NCBI RefSeq assembly: GCF_009914755.1
Contig: NC_060948.1
Source of the DNA: the human T2T-CHM13v2.0 reference genome, Homo sapiens
Length of the DNA: 64,000 bases
Reading direction: 5' to 3' (one strand)
Every line of letters begins with the position of its first letter. Within the stretch, counting starts at the first letter, position 1. The notes under the pieces are model-generated. The model did not search any database and was not told the DNA's origin. It saw nothing but the letters and a program-made list of their open reading frames with translations. The position numbers and the translations under genes are program-made. This document shows, in pieces, positions 13,601-28,484 of the stretch.

Positions 13601-14258
13601 AATGGAATCGAATATAATGGAGTCGAATGAAATGGAATTGAAAGGAATGGGATCGAATAGAATGGAATATACTGGAATGTAATGTAATGAACACGAATGT
13701 AATTGACTGGAATGGAATGTACATGAATGGAAGGTAATCGAATGGAAAGTAATCCAATGGAATAGAATCTAATGCAATAAAACCGAATCAGATAGAGTAG
13801 AATGTAATGGAATGGAGTGCAGTGCAATGGAATGGAATGGAATTGAATGCAATGGAATGGAATGGAATGGAATGGAATGGAATGGAATGGTATGGAATGG
13901 ATAGTAATGGACTGGAGTGAAATGGACTGGAGTGAAATGGACTGGAAAGGAATGGACTCAAATTGAAAGGGCTCGAAAGGAATGGAGTCAAATGGAATGG
14001 TCTGGAATGGAATGAACACGAATGTAATGCAATCCAATAGAATGGAATCGAATGGCATGGAATATAAAGAAATGGAATCGAAGAGAATGGAAACAAATGG
14101 AATGGAATTGAATGGAATGGAATTGAATGGAATGGGAACGAATGGAGTGAAATTGTATGCAGTAGAAGGGAATAGAATGGAATGCAAGCGAAAGGAAAGG
14201 AATGGATTGGAATGGAATGGAATTCATTGGAATGGAAGGGAATGTAGTGTAATGGACA
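10695..14258 (+). repeat. DYZ1 unit 4 (3564 bp), central type
   Basis: GGCC at 10695 and 14259; 15-bp duplication at 13909-13938 and tract B one pentamer short. Confidence 0.9.
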
Positions 14259-17200
14259 GGCCTGGAATAAAGTGGAATGCTACGGTCTCGAATGGAATAA
14301 AAATGTATGGAATGGAATGCAATGAAACGGAATCGAATGTCATAGAATGTAATGGAATGCAACAAAATGGAATCCAAAATCATTGACTGGAAAGGCTGGG
14401 TGTCGAAAGGAATTGACTCCAATGGAATGGAATAGAATGGAATGGAAGTGAATAGAATCGAACTAAATCGAATGGAATGGAATTGATAGGAACGGAATGG
14501 AAAGGAATGCAATGATTTGGCATGGAATGGAATCGAATGGCATCGAATGGAATGGAATGGAATGCAATGGAATGGAATGTATTAGAATGTAATGAACTTT
14601 AATGGAATGTACTCGAATGGATTCGACTGGAATGGAATGTTCTGGAAGTGAATGGACTCCAATGGAATGGATTCAAAAGGAATGGAATCGTACGGAATGG
14701 AATCTAATGGAATGGAATTAAATGGAAATGAATCAAATTGAATAGCACGGAATTGAATTGAATGGAATGGAATGCAATGGAATCTAATGAAACGGAAAGG
14801 AAAGGAATGGAATGGAATGGAATGGGCTGGAATGGAAAGGAATCGAAACGAATGGAATGGAATCGAACTGAAGAGACTGGAATGGAATGCACTGGAATGG
14901 AAGGGAGTGTAATGGAAGGTTCTCGAAAAAAATGGAATCGAATGGAATGGAATTGAATGGAACGGAATAGAGTCGAATGGAATTGAATGGAATGGAATGG
15001 ACTAGAGTGAAATGGAATCGAACCACAAGGAATGGACAGGAATAGAATGGTCTCGAATTGAATGGAATCGTATGGAATGGCATCAAACGGAATGGAATGG
15101 ACAGCCACGGAATGGAATGCACTCGAATGCAATGGAGTCGAAACTAATGGACTGGAATAGAATGGACTCGACTGGTACGGACTCCAATGGAATGGAATCG
15201 AATGGAAGGGAATCGAACGGAATGGACTCGAAGGGAAAAGACTGCAATGGAAAGGTCTCGAATGGAATGGAAATTAATGGAATGGAATGGAATCGAATGA
15301 AATGGAGTCAAAAGGAATGGAATCGAATGGCAAGAAATCGAATGTAATGGAATCGCAAGGAATTGATGTGAACGGAACGGAATGGAATGGAATCCAAAGG
15401 AATGGAATAGAATGGAATGGAATCGAATGGAAAGGACTCGAATGGAAATCACTCGAATAGAATGCAATTTAATAAAATAGGATCAAATGTAATGGAATGG
15501 AATGGAAAGGAATCGAAACGAAAGGAATGGAGACAGATGGAATGGAATGGAACAGAGAGCAATGGTATAGAATGGAATGGAATCATCTGGAATGGAATTG
15601 AATGGAATGGAATAATATGAAATGGAATGGAATGGAATGGAATGGAATGGAATGCCCTTGAATTAAATGGACTGGAATGGAATGGACTCGAACAGAGTGG
15701 AATGGAAAGTGTTCAGATAGAATGGAATGGACTCCTTTGGAATGGTCTAGTATGCAATGCAATCGACTGTCAGGGAATCAAAAGGAATGTAATCGAATGG
15801 ATTGGACTGGAATGCAATGGACTCGAATAGATTGGAAACGGAATGCAAAGGAATGGAATGGAATAGTATGGAATGGAATGGAAAGGAATGGAGTGGAATA
15901 GACTAGAGTGGAATGGAATGGACTGGAAAGCAATGGACTGGAATGGAACTTTCTTGAATGGACTGGAATCAAACGGAATGGAATGCAATGCAATCAAATG
16001 GCATGGAATAAAATAGAATGAAAGAGAATCAAATGGAATTGAATCGAATGGAATCGAATGGATTGTAAAGGAATAGAATGGAATGGAATGGAATTGACTC
16101 AAATGGAATGGACTAGAATGGAATGGATTCGAATGGAAGGCAAAGGAATGGAATCTATTGGAATGGACTGTAATGGAATGGAATGGAAGGGATTGGAATG
16201 GACTCGAATGGAATGGACTGCAATAGAAAGGATTCGAATGGAATGAAAAAGAATTGAATGGAATAGAACAGAATGGAATCAAATCGAATGAAATGGAATG
16301 GAATAGAAAGGAATGGAATGAAATGGAATGGAAAGGATTCGAATGGAATGCAATCGAATGGAATGGAATCGAACGGAATGGAATAAAATGGAAGAAAACT
16401 GGCAAGAAATGGAATCGAAATGAATGGAGTGTTATGGAACGGACTCAAAAGGAATTGAATGTAATAGAATGGAGTGGAGTGGACTCGAATATAATGGACT
16501 GGAATGGAATGAAATCACATGGAATGGGAACGAATGGAATGGAATGGAAAGGAATGGAATCGAATGGAAAGGAATCGAATGGAAGGGAATGAAATTGAAT
16601 CAACAGGAATGGAAGGGAATAGAATAGACGGTAATGGAATGGACTCGAATAGAATGGACACGAATGCTCAAATTGAATGGATTCGAATGGAATGGAAACG
16701 AAAGGAATGTCATCGAATGGAATTGAATCGATTGGAATGAAATCGCATAGAATGGAGTGGAATCAAATGGAATTGAATCGAAAGGAAAGGAAGCGAATGG
16801 ACTGAAATGAAATGGAATGGAATTGAATGGAAAGTAATGCAATGGAATAGAATGGAACGAAATTTCACGGAATGGAATCAAACTGAATGGAATCAAATCA
16901 ATGGAATCTAATCAAATGGAATGGAAAGGAATTGAATGGAGTAGATTGGATTGGATGGGATTGGAATGAAATGTACTGGAAAGGACTCGAATTTCATGAA
17001 ACGGAATGGAATGAATTGGAACGGAATGGACTCGAATGGAATGGAATGTCATGGAATGGCATCGAATGGAATGGCATCAAATGGAATGGAATCGAATGCA
17101 ATGGAATGTTATGGAATGGAATGGAATGCATTGGAATGGAATGTCCTCTAATGGAATGGATTCGAGTGGAATGGAATCGAATATAATGGAGTCGAATGAA

Positions 17201-17827
17201 ATGGAATTGAAAGGAATGGGATCGAATAGAATGGAATATACTGGAATGTAATGTAATGAACACGAATGTAATTGACTGGAATGGAATGTACATGATTGGA
17301 AGGTAATCGAATGGAAAGTAATCCAATGGAATAGAATCTAATGCAATAAAACCGAATCAGATAGAGTAGAATGTAATGGAATGGAGTGCAGTGCAATGGA
17401 ATGGAATGGAATTGAATGCAATGGAATGGAATGGAATGGAATGGAATGGAATGGAATGGAATGGAATGGAATGGTATGGAATGGATAGTAATGGACTGGA
17501 GTGAAATGGACTGGAAAGGAATGGACTCAAATTGAAAGGGCTCGAAAGGAATGGAGTCAAATGGAATGGTCTGGAATGGAATGAACACGAATGTAATGCA
17601 ATCCAATAGAATGGAATCGAATGGCATGGAATATAAAGAAATGGAATCGAAGAGAATGGAAACAAATGGAATGGAATTGAATGGAATGGAATTGAATGGA
17701 ATGGGAACGAATGGAGTGAAATTGTATGCAGTAGAAGGGAATAGAATGGAATGCAAGCGAAAGGAAAGGAATGGATTGGAATGGAATGGAATTCATTGGA
17801 ATGGAAGGGAATGTAGTGTAATGGACA
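14259..17827 (+). repeat. DYZ1 unit 5 (3569 bp), central type
   Basis: GGCC at 14259 and 17828; tract A=6, tract B=10 pentamers. Confidence 0.9.
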
Positions 17828-20800
17828 GGCCTGGAATAAAGTGGAATGCTACGGTCTCGAATGGAATAAAAATGTATGGAATGGAATGCAATGAAACGGA
17901 ATCGAATGTCATAGAATGTAATGGAATGCAACAAAATGGAATCCAAAATCATTGACTGGAAAGGCTGGGTGTCGAAAGGAATTGACTCCAATGGAATGGA
18001 ATCGAATGGAATAGAAGTGAATAGAATCGAACTAAATCGAATGGAATGGAATTGATAGGAACGGAATGGAAAGGAATGCAATGATTTGGCATGGAATGGA
18101 ATCGAATGGCATCGAATGGAATGGAATGGAATGCAATGGAATGGAATGTATTAGAATGTAATGAACTTTAATGGAATGTACTCGAATGGATTCGACTGGA
18201 ATGGAATGTTCTGGAAGTGAATGGACTCCAATGGAATGGATTCAAAAGGAATGGAATCGTACGGAATGGAATCTAATGGAATGGAATTAAATGGAAATGA
18301 ATCAAATTGAATAGCACGGAATTGAATTGAATGGAATGGAATGCAATGGAATCTAATGAAACGGAAAGGAAAGGAATGGAATGGAATGGAATGGGCTGGA
18401 ATGGAAAGGAATCGAAACGAATGGAATGGAATCGAACTGAAGAGACTGGAATGGAATGCACTGGAATGGAAGGGAGTGTAATGGAAGGTTCTCGAAAAAA
18501 ATGGAATCGAATGGAATGGAATTGAATGGAACGGAATAGAGTCGAATGGAATTGAATGGAATGGAATGGACTAGAGTGAAATGGAATCGAACCACAAGGA
18601 ATGGACAGGAATAGAATGGTCTCGAATTGAATGGAATCGTATGGAATGGCATCAAACGGAATGGAATGGACAGCCACGGAATGGAATGCACTCGAATGCA
18701 ATGGAGTCGAAACTAATGGACTGGAATAGAATGGACTCGACTGGTACGGACTCCAATGGAATGGAATCGAATGGAAGGGAATCGAACGGAATGGACTCGA
18801 AGGGAAAAGACTGCAATGGAAAGGTCTCGAATGGAATGGAAATTAATGGAATGGAATGGAATCGAATGAAATGGAGTCAAAAGGAATGGAATCGAATGGC
18901 AAGAAATCGAATGTAATGGAATCGCAAGGAATTGATGTGAACGGAACGGAATGGAATGGAATCCAAAGGAATGGAATAGAATGGAATGGAATCGAATGGA
19001 AAGGACTCGAATGGAAATCACTCGAATAGAATGCAATTTAATAAAATAGGATCAAATGTAATGGAATGGAATGGAAAGGAATCGAAACGAAAGGAATGGA
19101 GACAGATGGAATGGAATGGAACAGAGAGCAATGGTATAGAATGGAATGGAATCATCTGGAATGGAATTGAATGGAATGGAATAATATGAAATGGAATGGA
19201 ATGGAATGGAATGGAATGCCCTTGAATTAAATGGACTGGAATGGAATGAACTCGAACAGAGTGGAATGGAAAGTGTTGAGATAGAATGGAATGGACTCCT
19301 TTGGAATGGTCTAGTATGCAATGCAATCGACTGTCAGGGAATCAAAAGGAATGTAATCGAATGGATTGGACTGGAATGCAATGGACTCGAATAGATTGGA
19401 AACGGAATGCAAAGGAATGGAATGGAATAGTATGGAATGGAATGGAAAGGAATGGAGTGGAATAGACTAGAGTGGAATGGAATGGACTGGAAAGCAATGG
19501 ACTGGAATGGAACTTTCTTGGATGGACTGGAATCAAACGGAATGGAATACAATGCAATCAAATGGCATGGAATAAAATAGAATGAAAGAGAATCAAATGG
19601 AATTGAATCGAATGGAATCGAATGGATTGTAAAGGAATAGAATGGAATGGAATGGAATTGACTCAAATGGAATGGACTAGAATGGAATGGATTCGAATGG
19701 AAGGCAAAGGAATGGAATCTATTGGAATGGACTGTAATGGAATGGAATGGAAGGGATTGGAATGGACTCGAATGGAATGGACTGCAATAGAAAGGATTCG
19801 AATGGAATGAAAAAGAATTGAATGGAATAGAACAGAATGGAATCAAATCGAATGAAATGGAATGGAATAGAAAGGAATGGAATGAAATGGAATGGAAAGG
19901 ATTCGAATGGAATGCAATCGAATGGAATGGAATCGAACGGAATGGAATAAAATGGAAGAAAACTGGCAAGAAATGGAATCGAAATGAATGGAGTGTTATG
20001 GAACGGACTCAAAAGGAATTGAATGTAATAGAATGGAGTGGAGTGGACTCGAATATAATGGACTGGAATGGAATGAAATCACATGGAATGGGAACGAATG
20101 GAATGGAATGGAAAGGAATGGAATCGAATGGAAAGGAATCGAATGGAAGGGAATGAAATTGAATCAACAGGAATGGAAGGGAATAGAATAGACGGTAATG
20201 GAATGGACTCGAATAGAATGGACACGAATGCTCAAATTGAATGGATTCGAATGGAATGGAAACGAAAGGAATGTCATCGAATGGAATTGAATCGATTGGA
20301 ATGAAATCGCATAGAATGGAGTGGAATCAAATGGAATTGAATCGAAAGGAAAGGAAGCGAATGGACTGAAATGAAATGGAATGGAATTGAATGGAAAGTA
20401 ATGCAATGGAATAGAATGGAACGAAATTTCACGGAATGGAATCAAACTGAATGGAATCAAATCAATGGAATCTAATCAAATGGAATGGAAAGGAATTGAA
20501 TGGAGTAGATTGGATTGGATGGGATTGGAATGAAATGTACTGGAAAGGACTCGAATTTCATGAAACGGAATGGAATGAATTGGAACGGAATGGACTCGAA
20601 TGGAATGGAATGTCATGGAATGGCATCGAATGGAATGGCATCAAATGGAATGGAATCGAATGCAATGGAATGTTATGGAATGGAATGGAATGCATTGGAA
20701 TGGAATGTCCTCTAATGGAATGGATTCGAGTGGAATGGAATCGAATATAATGGAGTCGAATGAAATGGAATTGAAAGGAATGGGATCGAATAGAATGGAA

Positions 20801-21381
20801 TATACTGGAATGTAATGTAATGAACACGAATGTAATTGACTGGAATGGAATGTACATGAATGGAAGGTAATCGAATGGAAAGTAATCCAATGGAATAGAA
20901 TCTAATGCAATAAAACCGAATCAGATAGAGTAGAATGTAATGGAATGGAGTGCAGTGCAATGGAATGGAATGGAATTGAATGCAATGGAATGGAATGGAA
21001 TGGAATGGAATGGAATGGAATGGAATGGTATGGAATGGATAGTAATGGACTGGAGTGAAATGGACTGGAAAGGAATGGACTCAAATTGAAAGGGCTCGAA
21101 AGGAATGGAGTCAAATGGAATGGTCTGGAATGGAATGAACACGAATGTAATGCAATCCAATAGAATGGAATCGAATGGCATGGAATATAAAGAAATGGAA
21201 TCGAAGAGAATGGAAACAAATGGAATGGAATTGAATGGAATGGAATTGAATGGAATGGGAACGAATGGAGTGAAATTGTATGCAGTAGAAGAGAATAGAA
21301 TGGAATGCAAGCGAAAGGAAAGGAATGGATTGGAATGGAATGGAATTCATTGGAATGGAAGGGAATGTAGTGTAATGGACA
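17828..21381 (+). repeat. DYZ1 unit 6 (3554 bp), central type
   Basis: GGCC at 17828 and 21382. Confidence 0.9.
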
Positions 21382-24300
21382 GGCCTGGAATAAAGTGGAA
21401 TGCTACGGTCTCGAATGGAATAAAAATGTATGGAATGGAATGCAATGAAACGGAATCGAATGTCATAGAATGTAATGGAATGCAACAAAATGGAATCCAA
21501 AATCATTGACTGGAAAGGCTGGGTGTCGAAAGGAATTGACTCCAATGGAATGGAATCGAATGGAATGGAAGTGAATAGAATCGAACTAAATCGAATGGAA
21601 TGGAATTGATAGGAACGGAATGGAAAGGAATGCAATGATTTGGCATGGAATGGAATCGAATGGCATCGAATGGAATGGAATGGAATGCAATGGAATGGAA
21701 TGTATTAGAATGGAATGAACTTTAATGGAATGTACTCGAATGGATTCGACTGGAATGGAATGTTCTGGAAGTGAATGGACTCCAATGGAATGGATTCAAA
21801 AGGAATGGAATCGTACGGAATGGAATCTAATGGAATGGAATTAAATGGAAATGAATCAAATTGAATAGCACGGAATTGAATTGAATGGAATGGAATGCAA
21901 TGGAATCTAATGAAACGGAAAGGAAAGGAATGGAATGGAATGGAATGGGCTGGAATGGAAAGGAATCGAAACGAATGGAATGGAATCGAAGTGAAGAGAC
22001 TGGAATGGAATGCACTGGAATGGAAGGGAGTGTAATGGAAGGTTCTCGAAAAAAATGGAATCGAATGGAATGGAATTGAATGGAACGGAATAGAGTCGAA
22101 TGGAATTGAATGGAATGGAATGGACTAGAGTGAAATGGAATCGAACCACAAGGAATGGACAGGAATAGAATGGTCTCGAATTGAATGGAATCGTATGGAA
22201 TGGCATCAAACGGAATGGAATGGACAGCCACGGAATGGAATGCACTCGAATGCAATGGAGTCGAAACTAATGGACTGGAATAGAATGGACTCGACTGGTA
22301 CGGACTCCAATGGAATGGAATCGAATGGAAGGGAATCGAACGGAATGGACTCGAAGGGAAAAGACTGCAATGGAAAGGTCTCGAATGGAATGGAAATTAA
22401 TGGAATGGAATGGAATCGAATGAAATGGAGTCAAAAGGAATGGAATCGAATGGCAAGAAATCGAATGTAATGGAATCGCAAGGAATTGATGTGAACGGAA
22501 CGGAATGGAATGGAATCCAAAGGAATGGAATAGAATGGAATGGAATCGAATGGAAAGGACTCGAATGGAAATCACTCGAATAGAATGCAATTTAATAAAA
22601 TAGGATCAAATGTAATGGAATGGAATGGAAAGGAATCGAAACGAAAGGAATGGAGACAGATGGAATGGAATGGAACAGAGAGCAATGGTATAGAATGGAA
22701 TGGAATCATCTGGAATGGAATTGAATGGAATGGAATAATATGAAATGGAATGGAATGGAATGGAATGGAATGCCCTTGAATTAAATGGACTGGAATGGAA
22801 TGGACTCGAACAGAGTGGAATGGAAAGTGTTGAGATAGAATGGAATGGACTCCTTTGGAATGGTCTAGTATGCAATGCAATCGACTGTCAGGGAATCAAA
22901 AGGAATGTAATCGAATGGATTGGACTGGAATGCAATGGACTCGAATAGATTGGAAACGGGATGCAAAGGAATGGAATGGAATAGTATGGAATGGAATGGA
23001 AAGGAATGGAGTGGAATAGACTAGAGTGGAATGGAATGGACTGGAAAGCAATGGACTGGAATGGAACTTTCTTGAATGGACTGGAATCAAACGGAATGGA
23101 ATGCAATGCAATCAAATGGCATGGAATAAAATAGAATGAAAGAGAATCAAATGGAATTGAATCGAATGGAATCGAATGGATTGTAAAGGAATAGAATGGA
23201 ATGGAATGGAATTGACTCAAATGGAATGGACTAGAATGGAATGGATTCGAATGGAAGGCAAAGGAATGGAATCTATTGGAATGGACTGTAATGGAATGGA
23301 ATGGAAGGGATTGGAATGGACTCGAATGGAATGGACTGCAATAGAAAGGATTCGAATGGAATGAAAAAGAATTGAATGGAATAGAACAGAATGGAATCAA
23401 ATCGAATGAAATGGAATGGAATAGAAAGGAATGGAATGAAATGGAATGGAAAGGATTCGAATGGAATGCAATCGAATGGAATGGAATCGAACGGAATGGA
23501 ATAAAATGGAAGAAAACTGGCAAGAAATGGAATCGAAATGAATGGAGTGTTATGGAACGGACTCAAAAGGAATTGAATGTAATAGAATGGAGTGGAGTGG
23601 ACTCGAATATAATGGACTGGAATGGAATGAAATCACATGGAATGGGAACGAATGGAATGGAATGGAAAGGAATGGAATCGAATGGAAAGGAATCGAATGG
23701 AAGGGAATGAAATTGAATCAACAGGAATGGAAGGGAATAGAATAGACGGTAATGGAATGGACTCGAATAGAATGGACACGAATGCTCAAATTGAATGGAT
23801 TCGAATGGAATGTAAACGAAAGGAATGTCATCGAATGGAATTGAATCGATTGGAATGAAATCGCATAGAATGGAGTGGAATCAAATGGAATTGAATCGAA
23901 AGGAAAGGAAGCGAATGGACTGAAATGAAATGGAATGGAATTGAATGGAAAGTAATGCAATGGAATAGAATGGAACGAAATTTCACGGAATGGAATCAAA
24001 CTGAATGGAATCAAATCAATGGAATCTAATCAAATGGAATGGAAAGGAATTGAATGGAGTAGATTGGATTGGATGGGATTGGAATGAAATGTACTGGAAA
24101 GGACTCGAATTTCATGAAACGGAATGGAATGAATTGGAACGGAATGGACTCGAATGGAATGGAATGTCATGGAATGGCATCGAATGGAATGGCATCAAAT
24201 GGAATGGAATCGAATGCAATGGAATGTTATGGAATGGAATGGAATGCATTGGAATGGAATGTCCTCTAATGGAATGGATTCGAGTGGAATGGAATCGAAT

Positions 24301-24930
24301 ATAATGGAGTCGAATGAAATGGAATTGAAAGGAATGGGATCGAATAGAATGGAATATACTGGAATGTAATGTAATGAACACGAATGTAATTGACTGGAAT
24401 GGAATGTACATGAATGGAAGGTAATCGAATGGAAAGTAATCCAATGGAATAGAATCTAATGCAATAAAACCGAATCAGATAGAGTAGAATGTAATGGAAT
24501 GGAGTGCAGTGCAATGGAATGGAATGGAATTGAATGCAATGGAATGGAATGGAATGGAATGGAATGGAATGGAATGGTATGGAATGGATAGTAATGGACT
24601 GGAGTGAAATGGACTGGAAAGGAATGGACTCAAATTGAAAGGGCTCGAAAGGAATGGAGTCAAATGGAATGGTCTGGAATGGAATGAACACGAATGTAAT
24701 GCAATCCAATAGAATGGAATCGAATGGCATGGAATATAAAGAAATGGAATCGAAGAGAATGGAAACAAATGGAATGGAATTGAATGGAATGGAATTGAAT
24801 GGAATGGGAACGAATGGAGTGAAATTGTATGCAGTAGAAGGGAATAGAATGGAATGCAAGCGAAAGGAAAGGAATGGATTGGAATGGAATGGAATTCATT
24901 GGAATGGAAGGGAATGTAGTGTAATGGACA
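21382..24930 (+). repeat. DYZ1 unit 7 (3549 bp), central type
   Basis: GGCC at 21382 and 24931; tract B=7. Confidence 0.9.
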
Positions 24931-27900
24931 GGCCTGGAATAAAGTGGAATGCTACGGTCTCGAATGGAATAAAAATGTATGGAATGGAATGCAATGAAAC
25001 GGAATCGAATGTCATAGAATGTAATGGAATGCAACAAAATGGAATCCAAAATCATTGACTGGAAAGGCTGGGTGTCGAAAGGAATTGACTCCAATGGAAT
25101 GGAATCGAATGGAATGGAAGTGAATAGAATCGAACTAAATCGAATGGAATGGAATTGATAGGAACGGAATGGAAAGGAATGCAATGATTTGGCATGGAAT
25201 GGAATCGAATGGCATCGAATGGAATGGAATGGAATGCAATGGAATGGAATGTATTAGAATGGAATGAACTTTAATGGAATGTACTCGAATGGATTCGACT
25301 GGAATGGAATGTTCTGGAAGTGAATGGACTCCAATGGAATGGATTCAAAAGGAATGGAATCGTACGGAATGGAATCTAATGGAATGGAATTAAATGGAAA
25401 TGAATCAAATTGAATAGCACGGAATTGAATTGAATGGAATGGAATGCAATGGAATCTAATGAAACGGAAAGGAAAGGAATGGAATGGAATGGAATGGGCT
25501 GGAATGGAAAGGAATCGAAACGAATGGAATGGAATCGAACTGAAGAGACTGGAATGGAATGCACTGGAATGGAAGGGAGTGTAATGGAAGGTTCTCGAAA
25601 AAAATGGAATCGAATGGAATGGAATTGAATGGAACGGAATAGAGTCGAATGGAATTGAATGGAATGGAATGGACTAGAGTGAAATGGAATCGAACCACAA
25701 GGAATGGAGAGGAATAGAATGGTCTCGAATTGAATGGAATCGTATGGAATGGCATCAAACGGAATGGAATGGACAGCCACGGAATGGAATGCACTCGAAT
25801 GCAATGGAGTCGAAACTAATGGACTGGAATAGAATGGACTCGACTGGTACGGACTCCAATGGAATGGAATCGAATGGAAGGGAATCGAACGGAATGGACT
25901 CGAAGGGAAAAGACTGCAATGGAAAGGTCTCGAATGGAATGGAAATTAATGGAATGGAATGGAATCGAATGAAATGGAGTCAAAAGGAATGGAATCGAAT
26001 GGCAAGAAATCGAATGTAATGGAATCGCAAGGAATTGATGTGAACGGAACGGAATGGAATGGAATCCAAAGGAATGGAATAGAATGGAATGGAATCGAAT
26101 GGAAAGGACTCGAATGGAAATCACTCGAATAGAATGCAATTTAATAAAATAGGATCAAATGTAATGGAATGGAATGGAAAGGAATCGAAACGAAAGGAAT
26201 GGAGACAGATGGAATGGAATGGAACAGAGAGCAATGGTATAGAATGGAATGGAATCATCTGGAATGGAATTGAATGGAATGGAATAATATGAAATGGAAT
26301 GGAATGGAATGGAATGGAATGCCCTTGAATTAAATGGACTGGAATGGAATGGACTCGAACAGAGTGGAATGGAAAGTGTTGAGATAGAATGGAATGGACT
26401 CCTTTGGAATGGTCTAGTATGCAATGCAATCGACTGTCAGGGAATCAAAAGGAATGTAATCGAATGGATTGGACTGGAATGCAATGGACTCGAATAGATT
26501 GGAAACGGGATGCAAAGGAATGGAATGGAATAGTATGGAATGGAATGGAAAGGAATGGAGTGGAATAGACTAGAGTGGAATGGAATGGACTGGAAAGCAA
26601 TGGACTGGAATGGAACTTTCTTGAATGGACTGGAATCAAACGGAATGGAATGCAATGCAATCAAATGGCATGGAATAAAATAGAATGAAAGAGAATCAAA
26701 TGGAATTGAATCGAATGGAATCGAATGGATTGTAAAGGAATAGAATGGAATGGAATGGAATTGACTCAAATGGAATGGACTAGAATGGAATGGATTCGAA
26801 TGGAAGGCAAAGGAATGGAATCTATTGGAATGGACTGTAATGGAATGGAATGGAAGGGATTGGAATGGACTCGAATGGAATGGACTGCAATAGAAAGGAT
26901 TCGAATGGAATGAAAAAGAATTGAATGGAATAGAACAGAATGGAATCAAATCGAATGAAATGGAATGGAATAGAAAGGAATGGAATGAAATGGAATGGAA
27001 AGGATTCGAATGGAATGCAATCGAATGGAATGGAATCGAACGGAATGGAATAAAATGGAAGAAAACTGGCAAGAAATGGAATCGAAATGAATGGAGTGTT
27101 ATGGAACGGACTCAAAAGGAATTGAATGTAATAGAATGGAGTGGAGTGGACTCGAATATAATGGACTGGAATGGAATGAAATCACATGGAATGGGAACGA
27201 ATGGAATGGAATGGAAAGGAATGGAATCGAATGGAAAGGAATCGAATGGAAGGGAATGAAATTGAATCAACAGGAATGGAAGGGAATAGAATAGACGGTA
27301 ATGGAATGGACTCGAATAGAATGGACACGAATGCTCAAATTGAATGGATTCGAATGGAATGGAAACGAAAGGAATGTCATCGAATGGAATTGAATCGATT
27401 GGAATGAAATCGCATAGAATGGAGTGGAATCAAATGGAATTGAATCGAAAGGAAAGGAAGCGAATGGACTGAAATGAAATGGAATGGAATTGAATGGAAA
27501 GTAATGCAATGGAATAGAATGGAACGAAATTTCACGGAATGGAATCAAACTGAATGGAATCAAATCAATGGAATCTAATCAAATGGAATGGAAAGGAATT
27601 GAATGGAGTAGATTGGATTGGATGGGATTGGAATGAAATGTACTGGAAAGGACTCGAATTTCATGAAACGGAATGGAATGAATTGGAACGGAATGGACTC
27701 GAATGGAATGGAATGTCATGGAATGGCATCGAATGGAATGGCATCAAATGGAATGGAATCGAATGCAATGGAATGTTATGGAATGGAATGGAATGCATTG
27801 GAATGGAATGTCCTCTAATGGAATGGATTCGAGTGGAATGGAATCGAATATAATGGAGTCGAATGAAATGGAATTGAAAGGAATGGGATCGAATAGAATG

Positions 27901-28484
27901 GAATATACTGGAATGTAATGTAATGAACACGAATGTAATTGACTGGAATGGAATGTACATGAATGGAAGGTAATCGAATGGAAAGTAATCCAATGGAATA
28001 GAATCTAATGCAATAAAACCGAATCAGATAGAGTAGAATGTAATGGAATGGAGTGCAGTGCAATGGAATGGAATGGAATTGAATGCAATGGAATGGAATG
28101 GAATGGAATGGAATGGAATGGAATGGAATGGTATGGAATGGATAGTAATGGACTGGAGTGAAATGGACTGGAAAGGAATGGACTCAAATTGAAAGGGCTC
28201 GAAAGGAATGGAGTCAAATGGAATGGTCTGGAATGGAATGAACACGAATGTAATGCAATCCAATAGAATGGAATCGAATGGCATGGAATATAAAGAAATG
28301 GAATCGAAGAGAATGGAAACAAATGGAATGGAATTGAATGGAATGGAATTGAATGGAATGGGAACGAATGGAGTGAAATTGTATGCAGTAGAAGGGAATA
28401 GAATGGAATGCAAGCGAAAGGAAAGGAATGGATTGGAATGGAATGGAATTCATTGGAATGGAAGGGAATGTAGTGTAATGGACA
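24931..28484 (+). repeat. DYZ1 unit 8 (3554 bp), central type
   Basis: GGCC at 24931 and 28485. Confidence 0.9.
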
